Positions 48,524-56,359 of a stretch of 64,000 nucleotides of DNA are shown in pieces. The DNA lies in the NCBI GenBank assembly GCA_017537175.1, contig JAFYLH010000014.1, forward strand, positions 33,513-97,512, written 5' to 3'. The notes beneath the pieces were generated by a model. The model searched no databases. It was given only the letters and a program-made list of their open reading frames with translations, and was not told the origin of the DNA. The translations under genes were made by a program, and so were the position numbers. This DNA is from Clostridia bacterium. Its GTDB lineage: Bacteria > Bacillota > Clostridia > Oscillospirales > CAG-272. Position 1 is the first letter of the stretch; the number at the start of each line of letters is the position of its first letter.

Positions 48524-49378
48524 ATGATAAAAAGAATTATCAATTTATTTCTTGTGTTTTCTTTACTTTTCGGTGTCGCAGGCTGCACATTGCAGTCTGC
48601 ATCCGAAAGGGAATACAAAATTACCGTTATTACCGAAGGCGGAATGCCTTTTAGCTCCGTGCCTGTTATTGTATATAGCGGAACGGATAAGAATGATCTT
48701 GTATGGAGAGCTGAAACCGATTCTCAAGGTAGTATAACCTTTACAGCAAAAGTATCTGACGATTATATTGCTGTGGTCGAAGATATACCTCAAGGTTATG
48801 ACAATAAGGAATATTATTCTGTTGAATCGTATGAGACAGTAATTACCCCTGAGATTCTTCTTGAAGAGAAGGTAGACCTTACGGGTATCAGCTATGACTT
48901 AGGAGACATTATCCACGATTTCACAGTATGTGATGCCGAGGGTAATGAGCATAAACTTTCCGATATCTTAAAGGATAAGAAGATGGTAATGCTCAATTTC
49001 TGGTATCTTAACTGTATGCCGTGTAAGATGGAATTTCCTTATCTTGAAGAAGCATATCAGCAATACAATGACAAACTTGAGGTTATTGCGTTGAATCCCG
49101 TAGACGGCACCAATGCAACCGTATCGGCATTCGCTGATGAAATGGGACTCAGCTTTCCTATGTCTGTGTGCGACCCCATATGGGAGAGTGCTATGCAGTT
49201 AAGCGCTTATCCCACTACCGTGATCATAGACCGTTACGGTATGATCGGTATGATCCATAAAGGATACATTACAGAGACAGATACCTTCAATGACATTTTT
49301 GAATATTTCACCTCTGACGGTTATGTACAGTCTACTGTAAAAAATATAAGTGATATTTCACAGAAAGAAGGAGAATAA
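48524..49378 (+). CDS. Lipoprotein: Ig-like + TlpA-like redoxin (CMPC)
   Basis: Lipobox VAGC; NFWYLNCMPCKMEFP..AYPTTVIIDRYG. Confidence 0.82.
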   Translation: MIKRIINLFLVFSLLFGVAGCTLQSASEREYKITVITEGGMPFSSVPVIVYSGTDKNDLVWRAETDSQGSITFTAKVSDDYIAVVEDIPQGYDNKEYYSVESYETVITPEILLEEKVDLTGISYDLGDIIHDFTVCDAEGNEHKLSDILKDKKMVMLNFWYLNCMPCKMEFPYLEEAYQQYNDKLEVIALNPVDGTNATVSAFADEMGLSFPMSVCDPIWESAMQLSAYPTTVIIDRYGMIGMIHKGYITETDTFNDIFEYFTSDGYVQSTVKNISDISQKEGE

Positions 49379-49379
49379 A

Positions 49380-49796
49380 ATGAAAACATTCAACAAGCTT
49401 TTCTGCATCGTTCTTGCACTTTGCTTTATGCTCAGCTTCGCTGCATGTACTGCAAATGTTGTAGAGAATAATGAAGAAGACCCTACCCCTAACAATGATG
49501 TTGCAGAATCAGAAAACAATGCAGCTGATGATACCGCATCTGCAGGCTTTAAAGTAACCGTTGTAGACGAAAGCGGTGCACCTGTTGAAGGTGTAATGCT
49601 TCAGATCTGTAAGGAGAACTGTATTCCTGCCTCAACCGATGCTGAGGGCATTGCGACCTTTAATATTGAGGCAAGTGCTGAGCATAAGCTTTCTGTTCTC
49701 ACACTCCCCGAGGGTTATGAGTATAACGGAGAAGCCGAGATCTATCTTGAAGACGGTATGACCGAAACAACCGTTACTGTAACAAAGGTGGCATAA
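49380..49796 (+). CDS. Small lipoprotein, single Ig/prealbumin-like domain with CxxxC
   Basis: Lipobox FAAC; acidic linker; FKVTVVDESGAPVEGVMLQICKENCIPASTDAEG; ATG 49380 follows AAGGAG. Confidence 0.72.
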   Translation: MKTFNKLFCIVLALCFMLSFAACTANVVENNEEDPTPNNDVAESENNAADDTASAGFKVTVVDESGAPVEGVMLQICKENCIPASTDAEGIATFNIEASAEHKLSVLTLPEGYEYNGEAEIYLEDGMTETTVTVTKVA

Positions 49797-49798
49797 TT

Positions 49799-50764
49799 AT
49801 GAAGAACACCGTAAATAAAAAGGCGTTCAGCCTTGGCGGCATAGGGATCATACTTATTACTGCACTTATGCTTTCCTTAGCTCTCGGACTTAACGGCTGT
49901 AAGGCACCTAAGCAAACTGTCGAAGGCGATGAGACAGCTGATGTAAGCGGTGAAGCGGTGGTAGAAACAGCTGATATCACTGAAGAAGCAGTAGACCAAA
50001 CCGAGGAACTTCCCGCTGATACATCCGATGATACTACCGAAGCTCCTGTTACTCAGGACACCACAGAGGCTGATGTTACAACCAATGTAACTAATCCCGG
50101 CGGTACTGTTATAACCGGTGCAGGCAGTGCATCCGAGCCTTATCTCGAGATTCCCAATGAGGATATGACTGTAACTACAGTTAGTATTCCCGCAAGATCT
50201 GAGCTTTATTACGATATATACCGTGTTGGCGGTATGTACCTCACCGTTAACGATCCTGACGCGTATATTATTTGTGATAACCTCCAGTATGACGCTGTAA
50301 ACGGTCAGATATATATGCAGGTTCCTAACGCTCTTGCCAGTGATTCTATTAGTTTCCGTGTTGGTAACTACAGTAATACAGCCAAGTCATTTACTTTGAT
50401 TTTCACTAGTCCTCTTGGCAGCTATCAGAACCCCGCTGTAGTAGACGGCTTGTCCGAGGGCTTTAATGTATCGTTGGAAGAAGGTAATGAGACCGGCTTC
50501 TACTTCAAGCACTATGCTACGCAGAACGGTGTTATCCGTTTTTATATGCAGGCTTCTGTAGACAGCATATTCATTGTAACTAACAACAGAAACTCTGCTC
50601 AGAGAACCTCTGATTCTGACGCTGCAACTGATGCTAACGGTAATGAATATGTTGAGATTGAGGTTAATCAGGGTGATGAGCTTCTCATCAATGTTGGTGC
50701 TATGCCCAACAAGAGAGGTAAATATCCTGCTGTTGAAATATACTGGAATGGTATATATAATTAA
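49799..50764 (+). CDS. Lipoprotein with T/E/D-rich stalk and two beta-sandwich repeats
   Basis: Lipobox LNGC; low-complexity linker; GSASEPY and GSYQNPA repeat starts. Confidence 0.7.
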   Translation: MKNTVNKKAFSLGGIGIILITALMLSLALGLNGCKAPKQTVEGDETADVSGEAVVETADITEEAVDQTEELPADTSDDTTEAPVTQDTTEADVTTNVTNPGGTVITGAGSASEPYLEIPNEDMTVTTVSIPARSELYYDIYRVGGMYLTVNDPDAYIICDNLQYDAVNGQIYMQVPNALASDSISFRVGNYSNTAKSFTLIFTSPLGSYQNPAVVDGLSEGFNVSLEEGNETGFYFKHYATQNGVIRFYMQASVDSIFIVTNNRNSAQRTSDSDAATDANGNEYVEIEVNQGDELLINVGAMPNKRGKYPAVEIYWNGIYN

Positions 50765-50782
50765 TTAAAAAGGAGTATTCAT

Positions 50783-53047
50783 ATGAAAAAAATAACAAGA
50801 AACATACTCAGCGTAATACTGATTGTTTCTGTACTTACTCTCCCTTTGACGTCATTTGCTGATGATCCTATGCTCGGTGCTTATGATAATCCTTATTTTT
50901 TAAGTACTGCAAGCACTCACTTTACTGTTAATGTGGATGCTGAGTCCGAGGTATGGGTTAAGGTTGATGATTGTATAGGCTCCACACTTAATGTTATTAA
51001 GGCTACCACTGATGATTATATGATAATGTATTGCAGACAGCCTCATGTGCCTGAAACTACATCAGGGAAAAACACTCTTTCCTTAGTAATGGTTAGTGGT
51101 GCCGATATGTTTAATATTTATAATCCCGGTACTACTTCCGTTGAGCTTCAGCTTGAGCTTATCGGAGGCAGCGGAATTATTGAGCAGGGAACTGTTGAAA
51201 ATCCTGAGCTTGTTACAATGTCTACCAATATGTTTGGTGGTGTTGGTGCATCGTTAACTAAGGAGCTTGCAGCCTCAAATGAAGGTTATTATTATAAAAC
51301 TATAGCTCCTGCCGATGGTATTATAACTGTTTCAATAAGTGCGTATGATGCAGATTACAACAATGTTGGTTGGACATACTTTGTAAATAACGAAACAAAG
51401 GGTGTCTACGGTGATACACATTGGTCTGATGAAGAAGAGCCCGTTTACTATGAATCTGTAGAAGTAAGTAAGGATGATGTTGTTATAGCATTTGCTGCAA
51501 CATACGATCCTGATAACCGGTGGACCAACCCCGCAGGCACAGTATCTGTTAACTTTAACTTTGATGCTGTAGGTTCCAGCAACAACCCTGAAACCATCGA
51601 AGCGGGTGATCATACAGTTTCTGTTGAGGCAAGCTCCCAGGGTCATCACTATATATGGACTGCTACAGAGGCGGGTACTGCTACAGTTATCATGTCTGAG
51701 GGTAATGCTAACGGTTGGCAGTATAGTGTTAATGTAGAACGTGTCGATGAAAGCTATGTTTATGGCGATACTCATTGGTGTAACGATGATCCTGTAGTTT
51801 CGAGTGAATCCTTTGAGGTTGTAGCCGGAGACAGCTTAAGGATTTTTGTTAACACATACAATCCCAACAATGAATTTGTTGCTCCTGCAGGTAACGTTAA
51901 CTGGACACTTTCCTTTACTGCAGGTGAAGGTGATGGTGGCAACACAACACCCGAACCCGAACCCGAACCTGAGCCTGAACCCGAGCCCGATGTTCCTGCA
52001 AACACATACGAAAACAGTGATGTAGCTATTACTCTTGGCACCAAAGATTATCCTCTTCTTGAAGGTTACGACTATACAATATTTGCATTTGAGCCTTCTG
52101 ATATCGGTAAGTATACATTTACTTCCACAAATGCACTTATCGGTATTGTAAGCTATAACGGTATGTGGGTAAGTACAGAGCCTACTGCTGAAATAATTAA
52201 TTCCAATACTGCATACTGGGAATGTAACGGTGTTGGTCAGGCTATATGGCTTGCTGCAAAGTATAATCCCGTTACAAGAGCTATCGACGATGGCTCAAGT
52301 GTTTCAATTACCGTAACCCGCGAGGATCTTGTTATTGACACAATTCCTTGGACTACATATGTTAATACTCACAAGCCTGTTCCGTTTACATTTAACGGTG
52401 ATGCAGATGCTCTTGAACCTGTAGAGGTATTTGACGATTACGTTAATGTGCCTGTGAAGGGTAGTGATGGTTATTATCACCTTGATTCTGCTACAGGTCC
52501 TATTCTTTACGTTGACCTTGACGATGCTATGATGAATCTTGTTGATGCAACAAGTTACGGTCAGGTTAAGGATATCATAATGGACGGTGACAAGATCGTT
52601 TCCAAGATCGATTATAACTCCGCTCTTATAGAATATTCTGAGTGTGCAGATGCTACACTCTGCCTCTATCCCCTTACCGACGACCTTATCGCTATATACA
52701 AGGGTACAGGTCATTTCCAGACTTGGTACGGTGAAGATGGTTTCCTTGGTACCACAACCGATGACGCTTATCTCTTTGCTTGTTATTTCATCAATGACGG
52801 CAGCGTAAATAACAACAATAATAACAATAACGGTGGCAACAAGGTACCCACAGGAGGTCAGTCTTTTGGCAGCGGTACCACTACAAACGGCAAGCCCATA
52901 GGTTCCGGCAATACTGTAACCGGCACTCAGGTTGGAAAGCCTGTTGTTGGTGCAGCGCAGACCTTCGACCCTATTGCTATTAATGTAGCGGCTTTGGTTA
53001 TCTCCGGTCTTGGTATTGCTGTTACAACCCGTAAGAAGAGATCCTGA
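50783..53047 (+). CDS. Secreted, probably wall-anchored protein: beta-sandwich repeats, PE linker, GxYH..GP domain, sortase-like C-terminus
   Basis: Signal peptide ending SFA-D; duplicated YGDTHW..PAG unit; DGYYHLDSATGP..LYPLTDDL..YLFACYF; AAQTFD + hydrophobic segment + RKKRS. Confidence 0.75.
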   Translation: MKKITRNILSVILIVSVLTLPLTSFADDPMLGAYDNPYFLSTASTHFTVNVDAESEVWVKVDDCIGSTLNVIKATTDDYMIMYCRQPHVPETTSGKNTLSLVMVSGADMFNIYNPGTTSVELQLELIGGSGIIEQGTVENPELVTMSTNMFGGVGASLTKELAASNEGYYYKTIAPADGIITVSISAYDADYNNVGWTYFVNNETKGVYGDTHWSDEEEPVYYESVEVSKDDVVIAFAATYDPDNRWTNPAGTVSVNFNFDAVGSSNNPETIEAGDHTVSVEASSQGHHYIWTATEAGTATVIMSEGNANGWQYSVNVERVDESYVYGDTHWCNDDPVVSSESFEVVAGDSLRIFVNTYNPNNEFVAPAGNVNWTLSFTAGEGDGGNTTPEPEPEPEPEPEPDVPANTYENSDVAITLGTKDYPLLEGYDYTIFAFEPSDIGKYTFTSTNALIGIVSYNGMWVSTEPTAEIINSNTAYWECNGVGQAIWLAAKYNPVTRAIDDGSSVSITVTREDLVIDTIPWTTYVNTHKPVPFTFNGDADALEPVEVFDDYVNVPVKGSDGYYHLDSATGPILYVDLDDAMMNLVDATSYGQVKDIIMDGDKIVSKIDYNSALIEYSECADATLCLYPLTDDLIAIYKGTGHFQTWYGEDGFLGTTTDDAYLFACYFINDGSVNNNNNNNNGGNKVPTGGQSFGSGTTTNGKPIGSGNTVTGTQVGKPVVGAAQTFDPIAINVAALVISGLGIAVTTRKKRS
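51950..51988 (+). repeat. Hexanucleotide repeat encoding a (PE)n linker
   Basis: CCCGAA/CCTGAG units encode PEPEPEPEPEPEP. Confidence 0.85.
52808..52831 (+). repeat. AAY repeat encoding poly-Asn (8)
   Basis: aat aac aac aat aat aac aat aac. Confidence 0.85.
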
Positions 53048-53071
53048 TTATTTGATGTAATAAAGCTATTA

Positions 53072-53106
53072 ATATAAAAGGTGTATATTTTATACACCTT
53101 TTATAT
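53072..53106 (+). terminator. 16-bp hairpin, probable terminator of the protease-Opp operon
   Basis: ATATAAAAGGTGTATA-ttt-TATACACCTTTTATAT. Confidence 0.7.
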
Positions 53107-53136
53107 AAATTTTATTGATATTTTTTCAAAAAACTA

Positions 53137-53165
53137 TTTACATTTCATTAACTGTATAGTATACT
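53137..53165 (+). promoter_or_regulatory. Sigma-A promoter
   Basis: TTTACA, 17 bp, TATACT. Confidence 0.6.
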
Positions 53166-53195
53166 ATTGTTATAAATCATTTGAGGAGGTTTATT

Positions 53196-53795
53196 ATGGA
53201 ACTTGCAGCTTGGGCTATTGGAGCAGTAATCGCTTTAATTATGTGTATACCTTTATTCTTAACTTACATTGCAGTTTATGTACTTGAGGGTATTGCTTTC
53301 ACTAAGCTATCTAAGATTAAGCCTGTTAAAAATATGTGTCTCGTATGGATTCCTTCGTATGTTGAGTATATTGGTAAAAAATATATTATGTCTCAATTTT
53401 CGGATGAAGCCGATTACCATATTTTCGGTAGATCTATTGTTTTCAAAAACAGACTTACACCCTTCTGGATATACTTTGTTTTACAGATCGTTATATTGGC
53501 TATGAGCTTGATCGTATCTTTGTTAGGCGCGATACCGATTCTTGGAATCATATTATTTGTTATATATCTTGTAATATCTGTTCCTTCTATGGTTGTTCTC
53601 ACTATCATAGAATATGGATATTTCCGTGATATGCTTAATTATTTCCGACCCGGAAATACCGGCAATGTTACAACAGCTGTTTTGGTTACAATTGCTAACA
53701 TCGTAACTAATAGACTTGTTGGTGCTATTTATCTCATAGTTCTTTCTAAAAAGGCATCCAATGTTGTTGTTCTTGATGCCGAAGAGGAAATTTAA
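53196..53795 (+). CDS. Hypothetical integral membrane protein (about 4 TM)
   Basis: ATG 53196 follows GAGGAGG; hydrophobic segments; visibly AT-rich. Confidence 0.7.
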   Translation: MELAAWAIGAVIALIMCIPLFLTYIAVYVLEGIAFTKLSKIKPVKNMCLVWIPSYVEYIGKKYIMSQFSDEADYHIFGRSIVFKNRLTPFWIYFVLQIVILAMSLIVSLLGAIPILGIILFVIYLVISVPSMVVLTIIEYGYFRDMLNYFRPGNTGNVTTAVLVTIANIVTNRLVGAIYLIVLSKKASNVVVLDAEEEI

Positions 53796-53824
53796 TAGTA
53801 TATAATTGATCTTATTTATAATGC

Positions 53825-53860
53825 AAGGTGTATGGGATATTCCATACACCTTATTATTTT
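53825..53860 (+). terminator. Hairpin/terminator after the membrane protein gene
   Basis: AAGGTGTATGG-gatatt-CCATACACCTT followed by a T-rich tail. Confidence 0.7.
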
Positions 53861-53871
53861 TATATTTAATC

Positions 53872-53900
53872 TTGAAATTACTACAAAAATGTTGTATGAT
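53872..53900 (+). promoter_or_regulatory. Sigma-A promoter
   Basis: TTGAAA, 17 bp, TATGAT. Confidence 0.6.
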
Positions 53901-53936
53901 ATTATAAATAAGTAAAATATTCAAGGAGTAATACCG

Positions 53937-55178
53937 ATGGAAAAAAAGAAGGTTATATCTATAATCATAATTTGTGTTCTCGCGGCATTTATTGCGGGAT
54001 CTGTATTATACTTTACTGTTTTTAAACAGGATGATACAAGTAAGTATGATATATTAAACGATGTAGCTACCAAGGAGTACAGTATCAATATCAAGACGGC
54101 AGGCAATATGCTGTTGTCGGATATCGATGTATTTGTATACTTTGATGATACCTACGATAAGCTTATCGATTACAAAAAGACGGATAAGAACGGTAATGCT
54201 GTATTTACCATTCCGCAGTACGATAAGTATGTTGTTGTAGTTTCCGGAATTCCTGAGGGCTATGATGTTGCCGATCACTATTCCTTTAACGGTGATATGA
54301 CCGAAATAACAGTTACATCAAAGCTTATTGAAGGAAAGAATATCTATGATGGCTCATTTGCTATAGGCAATGTAATGTACGATTGGTCTCTTAATACAAG
54401 CGACGGTAAAGAGATCAGCATTTCTGAACTTCTTTCGGATAAGAAGATGCTTGTCATCGATTTTTGGTATAAAGAAGCCCACAGTATTGAGCAGTTAAAT
54501 CTTCTCAACGATCTTTACAACCAATACAGTGACAGCGTAGAGGTATTAGCTTTAAATCCTGTAAATACCGACGAAGAAATATCAGGCTTTAAAGTTGAAA
54601 ACTCTCTTAATAAGTTTATGGAAAACAATACTGAAGCTATTGATACCGACAATGATACATTAAACATTATAGACGAGACTTCTTTGAATATTCATATGGC
54701 AAGCTGCTCTCGTAGAATATCCGCATTATTCGGTGTTTCAAGATGTCCCTCGATCGTGATCATTGACAGATACGGAGTTGTATCGATGATCGAGGTCGGC
54801 ACTGTTTACTCCGCTGATCAGTTAACCAAGGTATTTGATCACTATACAGCCGAGGAATATACTCAGAAAATATACCGTAACGGTATAACCGATTTTGTTT
54901 CTCAAGCTATGCCTTCGCCCAAGGTACTTGAGGTTGTTGCAAAGGATAAGGATAATGTAAAGATACCCGGTGTCGAAATTAAGTACACCTCGGGTGAGAT
55001 TACCTATACAGCAATTACCGACGAAGCCGGTGTAGCAAGATTTGATGTCACCACCAAATTAAATGATACCCTTACCGTCCTTAACTGTCCTTCGGAATAT
55101 AAGTACTCAGGTGCAGCCGAGATCATTCTTTCCGATGATATGTTTACTTATAATATCCTGTTTACAAAAGCACAGTAA
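53937..55178 (+). CDS. Membrane-anchored redoxin-fold protein lacking CxxC, flanked by two Ig-like domains
   Basis: N-terminal TM; clear paralog of the 44458 N-terminal third, but DFWYKEAHSIEQL replaces NFWYTTCSWCVEEF; CPSIVIIDRYG retained. Confidence 0.75.
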   Translation: MEKKKVISIIIICVLAAFIAGSVLYFTVFKQDDTSKYDILNDVATKEYSINIKTAGNMLLSDIDVFVYFDDTYDKLIDYKKTDKNGNAVFTIPQYDKYVVVVSGIPEGYDVADHYSFNGDMTEITVTSKLIEGKNIYDGSFAIGNVMYDWSLNTSDGKEISISELLSDKKMLVIDFWYKEAHSIEQLNLLNDLYNQYSDSVEVLALNPVNTDEEISGFKVENSLNKFMENNTEAIDTDNDTLNIIDETSLNIHMASCSRRISALFGVSRCPSIVIIDRYGVVSMIEVGTVYSADQLTKVFDHYTAEEYTQKIYRNGITDFVSQAMPSPKVLEVVAKDKDNVKIPGVEIKYTSGEITYTAITDEAGVARFDVTTKLNDTLTVLNCPSEYKYSGAAEIILSDDMFTYNILFTKAQ

Positions 55179-55183
55179 AAACC

Positions 55184-55212
55184 AAAGCCGAGGATAAAAC
55201 CTCGGCTTTAAT
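55184..55212. terminator. Bidirectional terminator
   Basis: AAAGCCGAGG-ataaaa-CCTCGGCTTT between convergent genes. Confidence 0.78.
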
Positions 55213-56192
55213 TATTGTGTCAGCATATTTTCGATAAATATACCGTAGCCTCTTTCAGGATCATCTACAAATACATGTGTAACAGCTCCAACCAACTTGT
55301 CATTCTGAATTATCGGACTACCTGACATTCCTTGTACTATACCGCCTGTTTTACACATAAGATCATCATCTGTAACCCTTATCACAAAATTTTTGGTACT
55401 GTCCTTAGTGTTGTTTATTTTCTCTATTGTGATCTCATATTGGCAAATAATATTGTTGTCAAGTGTACATAATATAGATGCAGGGCCCTCGCAGACATTA
55501 TCCTTTGAAGCAATTACGGCAGTATTGCCAAGATCGGATATATCATTGAATTTTCCAAACACACCCGAAATTGTATTTTTTGATAGATTTCCGTTTTTAT
55601 CGGTCAGTATTCCTATAAGCTGTCCGGGATGTCCTGATATACTTTCCTGTACCCCTGTCAAGGTTACATCGGTCGTTATACCGTTACGCATTGTCATAAG
55701 CTCTCCTGTGTCCGCATCACAAACACCGTGTCCAAGACCCGCAAAGCTTCCGTTATCTTCAACATAGGTTACCGTACCTATACCCGAGGTGCCGTCCTTT
55801 AGCCACAACCCGATCTTGTAGATACCCTCGCTCAAGGAACGTACGGGAGTAATTGTGCTTTCCATTTGTCTACCGCTTCGTGTAAATACTATCTCCAAAG
55901 GCTTACCCTCGGATATTTTCAGGCTGTCAAGAATATCATTTACATTTGATACCGTCTTTGAATCAAATTTTGTAATTATATCACCTTTTTTGATCCCCGC
56001 AATATCTCCCGGTGAGGTGTTACCCAACTCAGCATCAACCTGTGATACTCCGCAGACCAGCACTCCGTCTGTATATAACTGTATACCAAATGCCATTCCT
56101 CCCACATACACCTCATCGCCCACCGATGCGGCATAGCAGGGAAACACCAGAACGCATACTGCAACAACAAATACAGCAATTCTTTTTATCAT
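55212..56192 (-). CDS. spoIVB: SpoIVB serine peptidase (S55) with PDZ domain
   Basis: GGMAFGIQLYTDGVL, AGIKKGDII, GIGTVTY, FAGLGHG, TGGIVQGMSGSPIIQ, GAVTHVFV. Confidence 0.9.
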   Translation of the reverse strand: MIKRIAVFVVAVCVLVFPCYAASVGDEVYVGGMAFGIQLYTDGVLVCGVSQVDAELGNTSPGDIAGIKKGDIITKFDSKTVSNVNDILDSLKISEGKPLEIVFTRSGRQMESTITPVRSLSEGIYKIGLWLKDGTSGIGTVTYVEDNGSFAGLGHGVCDADTGELMTMRNGITTDVTLTGVQESISGHPGQLIGILTDKNGNLSKNTISGVFGKFNDISDLGNTAVIASKDNVCEGPASILCTLDNNIICQYEITIEKINNTKDSTKNFVIRVTDDDLMCKTGGIVQGMSGSPIIQNDKLVGAVTHVFVDDPERGYGIFIENMLTQ

Positions 56193-56359
56193 ATTTTCGC
56201 CTCCTTTCTATATTAATTTGTGCCGTAATAAGATTAAAATGTATAGGAATATTGACCATACATCTAATTAACTGTATATAAAAAAATTTACAAAATAAAG
56301 ATGTAAATATAAGTGATATATGATATAATGTTTATATATTTATTTTGGAGGTCATTTTG

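Noticed and set aside
51950-52831. PE and poly-Asn repeats as phase-variation tracts
   Set aside because: Units are multiples of 3 with synonymous variation, so they are linkers that cannot frameshift.
44458-55178. Selenocysteine recoding in the redoxins
   Set aside because: No in-frame TGA at CxxC positions; the 53937 protein has ordinary sense codons there.
56193-56359. Cobalamin riboswitch before the corrinoid gene
   Set aside because: AT-rich with no B12-box or GC-rich stems.
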